Origin: a virus
Taxonomy: Duplodnaviria; Caudoviricetes
DNA length: 64,000 bases
Virus record (IMG/VR): IMGVR_UViG_3300011008_000999
Reading direction: 5' to 3' (one strand)
The notes under the pieces: model-generated
The model's database searches: none
What the model saw: only the letters and a program-made list of their open reading frames with translations
Told to the model about the DNA's origin: nothing
Part shown: positions 1 to 10,555 of the stretch, in pieces
Layout of the letters: every line of letters starts with the position of its first letter
How positions within the stretch are numbered: the stretch's first letter is position 1
Position numbers and translations under genes: made by a program

Positions 1-212
1 ATGATATTGACGCCAGCTTCAATATAGGCATCAAGTGCCTGATATATCTCTTCGGTTAAGTCGGCGACATCATACCAAATACCTTCATCAATTTCAAGAC
101 CGTCATCGTCTGACGCACGAGAAAAGAACTCGTTAGGCGTCCACTGCTCAACCTGAAAACCCTGTGCAAGATCTTCAGGAAGGCGCTGATCGGTACTTAC
201 TACAATGTACAT
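1..212 (-). CDS. Hypothetical protein, 5' part only (runs off window start); MYIVVSTDQRLPEDLAQGF...
   Basis: ATG at 212 preceded by AGGAGG; frame open to the window edge; N-terminus resembles that of ORF 10076-10555. Confidence 0.75.
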   Translation of the reverse strand, partial: MYIVVSTDQRLPEDLAQGFQVEQWTPNEFFSRASDDDGLEIDEGIWYDVADLTEEIYQALDAYIEAGVNI

Positions 213-260
213 ATAAGTTTCCTCCTAATTTGGCCACAGCAACAACACTGTGGCCATGTG

Positions 261-276
261 TTATAATTAAATAGCT
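261..276 (-). promoter_or_regulatory. Class II motif AGCTATTTAATTATAA
   Basis: One of 10 copies of RGCTATTTAWTWWWA found just upstream of minus-strand genes. Confidence 0.6.
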
Positions 277-278
277 TT

Positions 279-2987
279 TTACAGACGATTTTTAGCTCTC
301 TGTATGCTTGCTTTAGTATCTTGATACAAATGTCTAACGTCTTTCCAAGAAAATCCAAGGACAACGATACAACATAAGATATAAAGAACTAATTCTATGA
401 AACCTTTATCTACAAATATATAGTATAAAGTTATCATTATATTAAGTTTCATTGCTGCAGTGAAATAATCTACAAAACTCTTCTTTATAGAATCAAAGAA
501 TGGTGCAATACCCATATCTGGTTTAAAGATCTCTAATATAGAGAAATAAATCATCTTAAATGTAGTAATCATTAATAAGAAGAATGATGTAAGCTTCTTA
601 ATAATTACTGGAAACATGAATAATAACAAACCTGCGTTGAATAAAGCTACATAACTCTGAAGATCAAAGTGAGTCTTTAACATATGAGCATGTAAGTAGT
701 TATTATTTATTGAACCATTTGCATAATACTGAGGTGAAATATTCATCTGCGCATCAATGATTCTAAATAAATCTGCAGGTAAATCTGGGTTATTTGCAGT
801 AGTTTTTGTTGTCCAGTGAGGGAATCTAATACCTAAATCTGTATTAACATCTTCTACTGCTTCTTCATCAAGTGTAGAATCTATATGATATATAGTACCA
901 CATGAATAAGCATACGCTGCCCAGTTTCTAAGTTCTGTACCACCACCAACAGGAACAAATACATCACCAGTAGCTTCTACACTATTATAGAATGCTTTAC
1001 CAGTCATATCAGTTGTATCTATTTCCTCATTATCTTGTGGCATCATTTCATCTTCTGATTTACCAGAATAATGTGTGTAAAGATGTTCATATTCCATATT
1101 ATCGAACTGACCTCTACACCAAGGATTAAATACTGCTTTTCGCCACATAACTGCATGTACAGCTAAGTCTGGATCACTAACACATATAACTTCATCATCT
1201 GATAGCGACGCAGTTAAAGCCTCATTAAAGATCGTATCGATAATTGTAACCGCTTTAGAAATTACATTATTAAATACTGCAGGTCGAGCAATAGCTGCAA
1301 ACATCATACCTAAACAAATAAATCCTACTAAGAATCTATTTATAGCATCTCTAGCTGCACCTTGACCTTTAGCATATTTAATTGCTTTTCCAGCTAACGA
1401 GAATATGAAGAATATCATAGCAAGTCCTAAAATACCTAAAATAGGAATTTTCATGACTTTCCATACATCAGTACTTTCAAGATATTCAAGTAAATCAACA
1501 AAAACTTGTCGTATTTCAGGTCCCATTAAAATTGCTACAATAGAAACAAACCATTTTGCAATTTCAAACTTAAATGAACCTGATACATAGAAGAATCCAT
1601 CGAACCAACCAATATTTAAGTGTGATACACGCGGATCTTTATCTCCATTATGAACATCATCTTTAGTAAGAACTAAAGGTCTATTTGGATAAACATTACA
1701 TGATAGATAGTTATATGCATCATAGTCAATTGTATTAAAACTAATTAAGTCTTTAACTTTATTCTGATCAATTGCACTCCATACATGATCTATCAATGTA
1801 GGTGTATATGTAGCTTCACCCATATACCTATACCAATGTAGGTCTTCACCATATAGTTCAAATAAACTATATTTTGATGAGCTATCTCCAACACCTTTTA
1901 GATTATTTATATAGCCTGTCCAAACTTCTTCATTACGATCTCTAAGATCATCATTCAAAGTACGATTTACAATAAATCCACCATTTCTAGGATAATAAGC
2001 AACAGTAGAAGCAAAGCTATAAATAATACCTCTATCCTGAATACCTTCTCTTACTTGTATTAAACTAAGACCGGCCATTGATAAAACTTTCTTAGCGTAT
2101 TTCTCATTCCAATCAAGACCGCAGAATAATGGATATAAATCAGCTGCAATTACCTGTCTTGCCGCTACGAAATCAGGAAGTTCATTACCATTAATCATGG
2201 TATGGAAGAATGTTTCTACACATTCATCAAGAGATTTTCCTTCAGTTGCAGCAATCCAATCTTGAAGTGCTTCACCTTTATAACCACCATCAGAAGATGG
2301 AGCTATAATATAAGCAAACTGGTTTTCAAATTCAAACCATCTCATACCAGTTTCTTCACTCCAAGCAAAAAGCTTTTTAAGTGATCCACCAGTAAACTGA
2401 TATAATCCGCATCCAACCCAACCAACACCATGTTCATCATAGTATGTGCTGAGTGATAATGAAGTACCTACGACTGATGAATAACTATCACCAGAAAAGT
2501 CGCCATCATGACATTTCTCAATAGTGTCTTCTGAGATACCATAATGTCTCATTATCTCATCAGTAACATCTGTTCTAAAATCTGCATTTGTGTCCATCAT
2601 AGAACTATAAGCAGCAGTATATGCTTCATAGTTTTCCATTGAATCTTCTAATGGACATAGACCTAAAATATCAGGTCCTTCAACACAGTCTGATCTAAAT
2701 AATGATGTACATTCTGCCTGCATACATGCTATCGCAGCTACGGCTTGGTTATCATCCATTCCCATTCCTTTATAAATACACCAAGCTTTGTATTTATTCA
2801 TAGCAGCAACACTGCCTTCGAAATCATCAGGATTTTCTGGATCTTCCAATCCAGTATAACCGTCCGTAGCTGTATACGCGTTAGCACGTGTAATTGTAGG
2901 CAAAGAAGATACAGCAAAGGATGTTAGTGTAATGAGTACTAAACTCAGCGCAATGAGGGCACTGACTTTATTGATCTTTGTCTTCAT
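279..2987 (-). CDS. Multi-TM conjugation-like membrane protein (VirB6/TcpH-like) with N-terminal phage-tail-lysozyme-like domain
   Basis: Signal peptide; AVAAIACMQAEC...GCGLYQFTG resembles Phage_lysozyme2 motifs; several hydrophobic segments in the C-terminal half. Confidence 0.55.
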   Translation of the reverse strand: MKTKINKVSALIALSLVLITLTSFAVSSLPTITRANAYTATDGYTGLEDPENPDDFEGSVAAMNKYKAWCIYKGMGMDDNQAVAAIACMQAECTSLFRSDCVEGPDILGLCPLEDSMENYEAYTAAYSSMMDTNADFRTDVTDEIMRHYGISEDTIEKCHDGDFSGDSYSSVVGTSLSLSTYYDEHGVGWVGCGLYQFTGGSLKKLFAWSEETGMRWFEFENQFAYIIAPSSDGGYKGEALQDWIAATEGKSLDECVETFFHTMINGNELPDFVAARQVIAADLYPLFCGLDWNEKYAKKVLSMAGLSLIQVREGIQDRGIIYSFASTVAYYPRNGGFIVNRTLNDDLRDRNEEVWTGYINNLKGVGDSSSKYSLFELYGEDLHWYRYMGEATYTPTLIDHVWSAIDQNKVKDLISFNTIDYDAYNYLSCNVYPNRPLVLTKDDVHNGDKDPRVSHLNIGWFDGFFYVSGSFKFEIAKWFVSIVAILMGPEIRQVFVDLLEYLESTDVWKVMKIPILGILGLAMIFFIFSLAGKAIKYAKGQGAARDAINRFLVGFICLGMMFAAIARPAVFNNVISKAVTIIDTIFNEALTASLSDDEVICVSDPDLAVHAVMWRKAVFNPWCRGQFDNMEYEHLYTHYSGKSEDEMMPQDNEEIDTTDMTGKAFYNSVEATGDVFVPVGGGTELRNWAAYAYSCGTIYHIDSTLDEEAVEDVNTDLGIRFPHWTTKTTANNPDLPADLFRIIDAQMNISPQYYANGSINNNYLHAHMLKTHFDLQSYVALFNAGLLLFMFPVIIKKLTSFFLLMITTFKMIYFSILEIFKPDMGIAPFFDSIKKSFVDYFTAAMKLNIMITLYYIFVDKGFIELVLYILCCIVVLGFSWKDVRHLYQDTKASIQRAKNRL

Positions 2988-3005
2988 TTACTGTATCTCC
3001 TTCCA

Positions 3006-6000
3006 TTAATCTTTAGATCCACCAATCTTTGGTGGACTCTTCTTCTTTTGGCCAGTACCAGTCTTAGTTTGACTAGCCTCAGTCTGTCCGTACATGTCAT
3101 TTACCTTTTTATGACGGTCTATTTTAGATGGTTGTGATTGTCTACCATCACCGTGATCTTTTACTTCACCCATGCCATTAGCAATCTTCTTGTCCATTGC
3201 TGCACTAGCTACTCCACGTTTATAGACATATTTCTTCTTATCTATATCTGCATTATAGTCAATCTTTGACTTTTCTTCATCAGTTATACCACAACGAAGT
3301 TTATCTGCAGCAGTCATTTGTGCATTAGCAGCAGCGCCAGCTTCACCTTGTTTCTTGATCTTATCACCAATTCTACCTTGGTCTTGTTCAAGAATGCTCA
3401 TCTGGCGAAGAGTGTCCATATCATGTTGTACGTTATACGCAGGTCCCTGAAGAGCTTTAGCTCTATTGTACCAGTTCATAACCTGAGTATCATACTTCTC
3501 ATCACGATATTCAGCTCTACGGTTACCATTCTCATCAAAGAGAACTTTACGCTGATCTTCAAGTGACATATCTGAGTAACCATCAACCATACCGTTCTGA
3601 ATATCCTGGTTCTTAGCTTCGTTTCTAATCTTATCCTGCTGAAGTCTCTGCTGAGCACGTGATAAGTTAGAAAGATAATAAAGAGGAACAAGTGTATTCG
3701 GGAACCATACTTGGCGTCCAAAATCATGCCACCATCTAATCATCATAAATGTAAGCCAGAATAAGAATATTTCAAGGAATATACCAATAAGTCCAGCAGC
3801 ATTCATACCCATAATCATGGCTATACCTGAATATAGACCAACCATAATCATACAAATTGTAGGTGCGAATGTTTCTAGAACTATTCTTCCCATAGGTTTT
3901 CCTTCTGCACCTCTACCAAGAATTACTCTAAAGATAAAGATATAAAATACAAACCATTGCCATAAGAATGTCATAAGTTTAATGAATGACAATAAGCAAC
4001 ATAAGATACAGTTCAAGAGTTTTACAATAAGATCTACAATTCCAGACTGGAACTCACCATTGTAATTCTCATTTTCCTTAATACTCATGCTAATCTCGTC
4101 ACCACTATCACTTAATGTTACTCTAGGAGCCATAAAGTGATCGACAACTCTATAGGCATTATTATTGATTGTAGGACCATTATAAGTCTTTCCACCAATA
4201 GTAATTGTATTAACTAGTGAATTTGAATATCCCCAATAGTGGAATGAATCCATTAAGAGAACAGACCAGTGTTTAACTTGGTTACCACCAATTGTAGGAA
4301 AATCACCATCTTCCAACTCACGATAATCACGAGTATCATCCATGAGCTGTTCATCAGCTAATATACCATAACCAGTATTATACTTAGACCAAGTATCAAG
4401 ATATGGCATATAATAAGTAACTTCATGATCTGTTGCATCACCGTATAAGTACGTTAACTCTGGAATACTATAGACTGACGCCATTTCACCTAGGTTAATT
4501 ATTTTATTTTCTACATTCTTAACCATATTCCAAACTTTATCTGGAGCGGCAAATGTAGCAGTAGTTAAACCTAACTCAAATACGAGTATAAAGAATGCAA
4601 CTATCAATCTAGCACCAGAATTAGTGCCCATTTTAATTACAGCAATAACGGTCTTAACAATAAAGAATAATGCTAATAAACACATCATTAAAGCTACATA
4701 TCCACTAGTCCACATTTTAGCAGGAGATAATCCATAATCATCTAATATATCAAAATTACATAGTTGCTGCATGAATACTGATAATTCAGTAAAGAATCCT
4801 GCAATACTAACTATGGTCTTTTGAGGTTTGAAATAAATTCCAATAGCTAATGGATTAAGATCAAAATTAGAAATTAACTTACCAATAACATGAGTCTTAT
4901 ATAATTCAACTCTAGGATCAGTTACTCCATAATTCTCTCTATCTCTTGATAAAAGTGTAGCAGTATCATAAGGCATTACTCTTAAATCATCAGAAATAAC
5001 AATCTGTGTAGGTTCATCATTTCCTTCATACTTAGCGGTAGCACACATGATTTTCATCATATTTGCTATAACTTCGTTAGAGTAAGGTCCACAATATGCC
5101 TGTAACTTAGATATAATTTCATGTGCATCTGCATCAGTTAATTTACTTGTACTTTCAGGATAATCTTCAGTAACTGTGTAAATTCTACTGTATGCATATA
5201 CTTGTACTATTGAAAGTGATGTCTTATCATCACCATATTTACGTGACCAACATTCATCATCTTTTTCACTTTCGCTAGTAATCATACATTGTCTATACAA
5301 CAATTCTTTCTTAGAAGTAGCATCTGTCTGATCGTCACCTCGTGCAAGCATTTCAATGAAATCAAGATACTTCTGTTTTAATTCTTCATTTGCTAAATAA
5401 GTTTCATAAATACCTTGTAATAATGCTGGAACGAAGTCTGATTCATCATATTCAAGTGAATCAAAACTACATACTTCCATAAAATTCTTCCAATCATCAT
5501 AAGACATAGTATTAGTTTTATCACTTTTAGCAAATAAGAAAATTATGTTATAATTAACATAAGATACTTCTGTTTGAGTATAAGTGTATTGAGACCAAGT
5601 TTCATATGACGTATCATCATCACCATCTTGATCAGATTCAGATGTAACAGCACTAGATGAACCATTAGTAAGAGAATAATTATCATAATAAGTTGGATCG
5701 TCTCTCCAAGGTTCTGTTTCAGTAAATACTACATCCTTTTCTTTATCTTCATAAGTAGGTGTAGACCAATCACCATAACTAGTTCCACCAGAACCTGTTA
5801 TAGTAGAAGTAGTTCCATCACTATTATGTGATGTATGTTGTGTTTCAACTGTTACAGTTCTAGTTCTAGTTTTAATCTGATATGAAATATGTGCTTTGAA
5901 ATTAGTACTTGTTTCAGTATATCTCAAAATATCAGCGGCTAAGCTGACTGAAGTATCAGTATCTATATTTTCGTCATAATGATCTGTATATACTCCATAC

Positions 6001-7112
6001 TTTTTAGGAGTATTAAGATAATTACCACTACCTCCATATCTTCTATGAGATCCAAGAGTAGCGTTAATCATAATATAAGCTTGATTAGGATTAGCAGTAA
6101 CCCAAGAATTAAATTGGCTCTTATATTTGTCAATACTTGCTAAGAAGTGCCAAGCATCGTATTTTCTATTACCAACTAACTGAGTTTGTGCTAAGCAGTT
6201 TTCAATACCTCCAGCTTCATAAGCATCCCAATATACATATCTTTGTACCGCTTCATTATATTCATCTTGGTGTGCAGTATTATAGTTACATGCAGCATTA
6301 TACGCATCTTCAGTAACTGCCATACTAATAACTTCTTCAGGTCCAGAGAAATATCTATCTGTTGAGCCACCAGTTGTAATTTCATCTAGAGGAATTTGTC
6401 TTTCAAAATAGTCTAAATAATAATCTTTGAAAAAATCAAGAATATAATCTTCTCTATTTTTGTATTCATGATTTAAGTAAGTAATTGTGTTAAAGTTATC
6501 TGCATCTGGTGCTTGTAAGAATGAAACACCAAACAAAGATTTAATTGCTCTCCAAGCTACTTCCCACCATTTCTTAGGCGAAGGCAAAATACCTGCAGTA
6601 GACATAACTTCTTTAGGATATTCACCCATATAAGTATAGCTTGGAATCTTAAATCCATACTTAGTAATTACATTTTCACTACTTGCTTCAGTACCTACTT
6701 TTACAACCCATTGTGTATCTTCTACTTTATAAGTTTCATCAGTATAACCATCACCTACTAGTGAGATCATTCTGTTCTTTACAATAGATTGTAGGTTTGG
6801 AGTGTTGAAATAACATTTGTAACGAGTAGTACCAGCTGTATCTTCGTATTTCTTAATGACTGTATAAGTCTTAAATTGAAACATCCAATCTACTATTTTA
6901 TCAACATCATAAATAGTAAAGTCAAATAAACTTTCTACGTCTTTTCCTTCGATAATATAGTAAGTTGCATCATCTCCACTATCGCTAACTACATAATCAT
7001 CTGCGAAGGCTGGACTGAAGGAAGATAAGATGGTTATCGCACAAATACAAACAGCTAAAAATTGTTTTAACCATTCCTTAAACATAATTCTATCTCCTTT
7101 CAGTGTAGTCAA
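3006..7112 (-). CDS. Large multi-TM membrane protein, paralog of 279-2987, probably conjugation apparatus
   Basis: Signal peptide, large extracellular domain, TM clusters, charged cytoplasmic tail; shares YxYMGE and DPRV motifs with its neighbour. Confidence 0.5.
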   Translation of the reverse strand: MTTLKGDRIMFKEWLKQFLAVCICAITILSSFSPAFADDYVVSDSGDDATYYIIEGKDVESLFDFTIYDVDKIVDWMFQFKTYTVIKKYEDTAGTTRYKCYFNTPNLQSIVKNRMISLVGDGYTDETYKVEDTQWVVKVGTEASSENVITKYGFKIPSYTYMGEYPKEVMSTAGILPSPKKWWEVAWRAIKSLFGVSFLQAPDADNFNTITYLNHEYKNREDYILDFFKDYYLDYFERQIPLDEITTGGSTDRYFSGPEEVISMAVTEDAYNAACNYNTAHQDEYNEAVQRYVYWDAYEAGGIENCLAQTQLVGNRKYDAWHFLASIDKYKSQFNSWVTANPNQAYIMINATLGSHRRYGGSGNYLNTPKKYGVYTDHYDENIDTDTSVSLAADILRYTETSTNFKAHISYQIKTRTRTVTVETQHTSHNSDGTTSTITGSGGTSYGDWSTPTYEDKEKDVVFTETEPWRDDPTYYDNYSLTNGSSSAVTSESDQDGDDDTSYETWSQYTYTQTEVSYVNYNIIFLFAKSDKTNTMSYDDWKNFMEVCSFDSLEYDESDFVPALLQGIYETYLANEELKQKYLDFIEMLARGDDQTDATSKKELLYRQCMITSESEKDDECWSRKYGDDKTSLSIVQVYAYSRIYTVTEDYPESTSKLTDADAHEIISKLQAYCGPYSNEVIANMMKIMCATAKYEGNDEPTQIVISDDLRVMPYDTATLLSRDRENYGVTDPRVELYKTHVIGKLISNFDLNPLAIGIYFKPQKTIVSIAGFFTELSVFMQQLCNFDILDDYGLSPAKMWTSGYVALMMCLLALFFIVKTVIAVIKMGTNSGARLIVAFFILVFELGLTTATFAAPDKVWNMVKNVENKIINLGEMASVYSIPELTYLYGDATDHEVTYYMPYLDTWSKYNTGYGILADEQLMDDTRDYRELEDGDFPTIGGNQVKHWSVLLMDSFHYWGYSNSLVNTITIGGKTYNGPTINNNAYRVVDHFMAPRVTLSDSGDEISMSIKENENYNGEFQSGIVDLIVKLLNCILCCLLSFIKLMTFLWQWFVFYIFIFRVILGRGAEGKPMGRIVLETFAPTICMIMVGLYSGIAMIMGMNAAGLIGIFLEIFLFWLTFMMIRWWHDFGRQVWFPNTLVPLYYLSNLSRAQQRLQQDKIRNEAKNQDIQNGMVDGYSDMSLEDQRKVLFDENGNRRAEYRDEKYDTQVMNWYNRAKALQGPAYNVQHDMDTLRQMSILEQDQGRIGDKIKKQGEAGAAANAQMTAADKLRCGITDEEKSKIDYNADIDKKKYVYKRGVASAAMDKKIANGMGEVKDHGDGRQSQPSKIDRHKKVNDMYGQTEASQTKTGTGQKKKSPPKIGGSKD

Positions 7113-7121
7113 ATGGAAGAG

Positions 7122-7571
7122 TTATGCTCTCGCTTTTGTTTTTCTCTTTTTAGCTGGTTCTTCTACTGGTGTGAATGCTTCAATACAATCACTTTCTTTA
7201 TAACCATTAGTAGAAATCCAATTGTGTGCCCAATTCTTAACTTTAGTGTCATGCACATCAAATCCTAAATGTGAAAATGTTTTTACTATGTTAGATTTTC
7301 TCTTATGCTCTCGATAATAAATCATCTTTACACCATAGCCTGCCCACATATTTATGCAGTATGAGAATAACGACATCATATCTTCTTTCTTAGTAACATA
7401 AATATAATGAATTATAGCTATAGTAAAACCATTTACTTCACGAAAACCAAAGGATATGAATGCATCACCTAAAGTAATCGTATACCCATCAAGAGGAACA
7501 TTTCTGTGGTAATTTGTACCATGTTCATCATTGATAAGTCTTTGCAATTTTACCTTATCATAATTGTTCAT
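7122..7571 (-). CDS. Hypothetical protein, possible GNAT-like fold
   Basis: 149 aa ORF; IHYIYV...GVKMIY...FSHLGF pattern is weakly GNAT-like. Confidence 0.35.
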   Translation of the reverse strand: MNNYDKVKLQRLINDEHGTNYHRNVPLDGYTITLGDAFISFGFREVNGFTIAIIHYIYVTKKEDMMSLFSYCINMWAGYGVKMIYYREHKRKSNIVKTFSHLGFDVHDTKVKNWAHNWISTNGYKESDCIEAFTPVEEPAKKRKTKARA

Positions 7572-7586
7572 GTTATAATTTTCCTC

Positions 7587-8006
7587 CTAAATTTCTATCA
7601 AGTTGTCCATATCAAGGACGGCCCAATTATTTTCGATAAAGGCTTGAAAGTCTTCATATATATTTGTAAATTCTAATAACGAAGCAAACTCAAAGATATT
7701 GATAGTTTTCAAGCTCTTTATCAATTCTTTCACTTCCGCTATTGATAGAATTTCTGTAAAAAAACGACGCTGATTGTTGTAAAAATCCTCAGCGTCAATG
7801 TAAAGAAATTCGTCCAAATCTTGATCGGACTCTGTATATAGAACAAAACATTCTTGGTGCTTGATGTCTGCCTTTAATCCAATTTTATATAGAACTTTTC
7901 TAATAATATTTCCATCATTATAAGTTACTCGTAATTCTTCTGTTAAAGGCTTTAGACGATCTAAGCAATAATAATTAAACTCTTGATGTTGCTTAGTCAA
8001 ACTCAT
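7587..8006 (-). CDS. Hypothetical protein
   Basis: 139 aa ORF overlapping the sbcD stop. Confidence 0.6.
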   Translation of the reverse strand: MSLTKQHQEFNYYCLDRLKPLTEELRVTYNDGNIIRKVLYKIGLKADIKHQECFVLYTESDQDLDEFLYIDAEDFYNNQRRFFTEILSIAEVKELIKSLKTINIFEFASLLEFTNIYEDFQAFIENNWAVLDMDNLIEI

Positions 8007-9037
8007 ATATGTTCTATTGCCTCCTTTGCCTTAATAAATATACCATCGTACTCAGGATAATTTTCCTTGACCCAATCATAAATATTAAGTGCAATTGAGG
8101 CTTCAGCGACATTTTCGTCCGACTCAACTTCGTGCTTAACAATATCTATAACAAGATTTACTGCTGTATTCTTTGCAGCAATAAACAGATCATTATCAAT
8201 GGCATTTACATCACCATCAAAAGTGATCTTATAAATATCTTCAATCACATTCTTGAGTTTTTCATTTATGTCTTTATCTGTACAATTAAGCTTTATAATA
8301 TGAGGTGTCTTAACCTTAATCTTATGCCACTTCATTGTATCTGTATCAAGTATAATTGGACCTGTTCTGTCTTCATATGCTTGGTAATCGATCATTGCAC
8401 CAGGGGAAAGTACTAAAGTATTATCCTGATAATAATCATAAGGAGTATGAATATGCCCAATGATTACTAAATCGAATAGTTTTACTAAGCCATCAGACAA
8501 CATGATAGGATCACTAATAAGACTATCTTTATAGTACTTCTCAGTAACACCATGAGTTACTAGAATTTTTTTAGAACATGTAGAATCTAAAGCAGCTTTT
8601 CTACAACTATTTAGATAATTAGCAATAACTTCTGCTTTACCATAAATGTAAGGCATCATGATAAAGCAGATATCGTTAATTTCTACTACTTTTAATTCAT
8701 AATCAGCAAAATATGTATGTGTAGCCATAGATACAGCACTACATTTATTAGCCATGTTAGCGAAACTAAAATCATGATTTCCTAAAATAGTCATAGTAGG
8801 AATATCTCGAAGTTCATTCATAGCCTCAAAATAATTTGTCATCGCTAATACAGATGGATTAGGTGTTTCAAATATATCACCAGCATGAATGATTAGATCA
8901 GGTTTTTCCTCTTTAATAATTCTAACATTTTCTTTAAGAGCTCTATATCCCTGCCATTCAAATGCATTATAGTTATTTTCATCTGTACGATACTGGCGCT
9001 TGCCAATATGAGTATCACTCCAAATGGCTAATTTCAT
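8003..9037 (-). CDS. sbcD: SbcD/Mre11-like metallophosphoesterase nuclease
   Basis: SDTHIG, HAGDIF, GNHD, VTHG, GHIH motifs; SbcC-like gene nearby. Confidence 0.9.
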   Translation of the reverse strand: MKLAIWSDTHIGKRQYRTDENNYNAFEWQGYRALKENVRIIKEEKPDLIIHAGDIFETPNPSVLAMTNYFEAMNELRDIPTMTILGNHDFSFANMANKCSAVSMATHTYFADYELKVVEINDICFIMMPYIYGKAEVIANYLNSCRKAALDSTCSKKILVTHGVTEKYYKDSLISDPIMLSDGLVKLFDLVIIGHIHTPYDYYQDNTLVLSPGAMIDYQAYEDRTGPIILDTDTMKWHKIKVKTPHIIKLNCTDKDINEKLKNVIEDIYKITFDGDVNAIDNDLFIAAKNTAVNLVIDIVKHEVESDENVAEASIALNIYDWVKENYPEYDGIFIKAKEAIEHI

Positions 9038-9056
9038 TTTGCTAATTTCCTTTCAA

Positions 9057-9848
9057 TTAAAATTCTAACTTCAAGTCTAATGACTTTTTCAATTCAATAT
9101 TATTATTAAATAGCTCCTCGATTAACTCAGGCATTATAATTTGTTCAGGTTCATAAGCAGAACCAACACAAGCAGCTTCATCCATGCACATAGCCTGTTT
9201 GGACATCATTCCCATTCTTTCATATTTAGGTACAGCAGTTGCAGCAGGATCAAGAACCTCAAGAAGATGTACTTTAGGTTGCTCAAGGAAGTCTAACTTA
9301 CTAGCAATAGTTTGGACCTCTTTTACACCTTGATTAATACACATTGCATAAAGTTCCTGCTCAGTAGACTTATTAAGTTCATCAGATACTGTATGCTGAT
9401 AAGTACACTTAAAGTCTTTTTCTGTACACATATTAAATATATTCATAAGATCATCTACAGTTGTTTCACCATAATTAAGTACCGCTACAAGATGAAGAAT
9501 TGCTTCATAATATAAGAACTTCTCTCTTGATCTATTATCGTACTCATTTCTCTTATCTTGATTCAATTTCTCATATTCGTTATGAGAAATCTCCTTTTTG
9601 GTTTTTTTATGAACATAATAATACTCTCTAGTTGTTCTTTTCTTAAGATCTACATCCATCTGATGATATGAATCAGGTCTATAAGATGTCTTACTTGTAA
9701 TATAGGTTTTTGCTGTATTTCGATCCTCATTAATCTTACTAATAGCTTCTTTTGCGGTTTGTGCTTTTGCATTAATAGTAATTGCTAAATCTACAATATC
9801 AGGTTTAACTTCTTTTGTAGCAACACTGTGATAAATCATTATACTCAT
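9057..9848 (-). CDS. SIMPL (DUF541)-like protein
   Basis: N-terminal KEVKPDIVDLAITI and overall SIMPL-like layout; no signal peptide. Confidence 0.6.
   Translation of the reverse strand: MSIMIYHSVATKEVKPDIVDLAITINAKAQTAKEAISKINEDRNTAKTYITSKTSYRPDSYHQMDVDLKKRTTREYYYVHKKTKKEISHNEYEKLNQDKRNEYDNRSREKFLYYEAILHLVAVLNYGETTVDDLMNIFNMCTEKDFKCTYQHTVSDELNKSTEQELYAMCINQGVKEVQTIASKLDFLEQPKVHLLEVLDPAATAVPKYERMGMMSKQAMCMDEAACVGSAYEPEQIIMPELIEELFNNNIELKKSLDLKLEF
9100..9115 (-). promoter_or_regulatory. Class II motif upstream of sbcD, inside the end of the SIMPL gene
   Basis: AGCTATTTAATAATAA. Confidence 0.5.
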
Positions 9849-9863
9849 TTTTCAAATTCCTCC

Positions 9864-10040
9864 TTAATCTAGATCTAAATCTATATAGTCGGTACAATCA
9901 TCGTCTTCTTCATCAGGAACCGATCTACCAATAGGTTTAGCAGTAACTGCATCATAGATAAATAATCCAATAATTACTAATGTACCAAAAATAGTTAAGG
10001 TACCAACAAAAGTTGCAAATGATTTTAAGGCTTTAATCAT
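9864..10040 (-). CDS. Small membrane protein (58 aa) with acidic tail
   Basis: Translated by hand: MIKALKSFATFVGTLTIFGTLVIIGLFIYD...DEEDDDCTDYIDLDLD; AAGGAG RBS. Confidence 0.65.
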   Translation of the reverse strand: MIKALKSFATFVGTLTIFGTLVIIGLFIYDAVTAKPIGRSVPDEEDDDCTDYIDLDLD

Positions 10041-10075
10041 TTATAATCTCCTTCTATAAGTTTATTTACCTCTTA

Positions 10076-10555
10076 TTAAAAATTATACATATTTCCGTCT
10101 TTTACTTCATAGGCACACTCTTTTACTATTTCATAATAATCCATATACTGAATGTATGGTTTATATTTATTATATGTATCTTGATCTATTATTACGTCAG
10201 TTTGGTCATTAAATGTAAGAGTCACCGATCTTTCACTAGGATTCTGAATTATTGAATCAATAACTTTATCAGAAAATTGTTCAATATTAATATCCTTAGT
10301 AATAAAATACGGTGGCGTACATTTATTTATCGAATAATACTTAATAATTAGCTCTGGGTAATCATTCTGAAGACTCTGGAGTATCTCAAATAACGATTGT
10401 TTAAGGTATTTAATATCTACTAATATACCCTCATCAACTGTCAATCCTCTAAATACCGCGTTAAAAAAAGTAACTGATCTTTGAAATTCTAACTCTGGAT
10501 ATTTGAATTTTAGAGATACTGGAAAATTTCGTTCTTCGCTAATTATAATATACAT
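10076..10555 (-). CDS. Paralog array member 5 (shared C-terminal domain)
   Basis: C-terminal VTLTFNDQTDVII...EIVKECAYEV. Confidence 0.75.
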   Translation of the reverse strand: MYIIISEERNFPVSLKFKYPELEFQRSVTFFNAVFRGLTVDEGILVDIKYLKQSLFEILQSLQNDYPELIIKYYSINKCTPPYFITKDINIEQFSDKVIDSIIQNPSERSVTLTFNDQTDVIIDQDTYNKYKPYIQYMDYYEIVKECAYEVKDGNMYNF

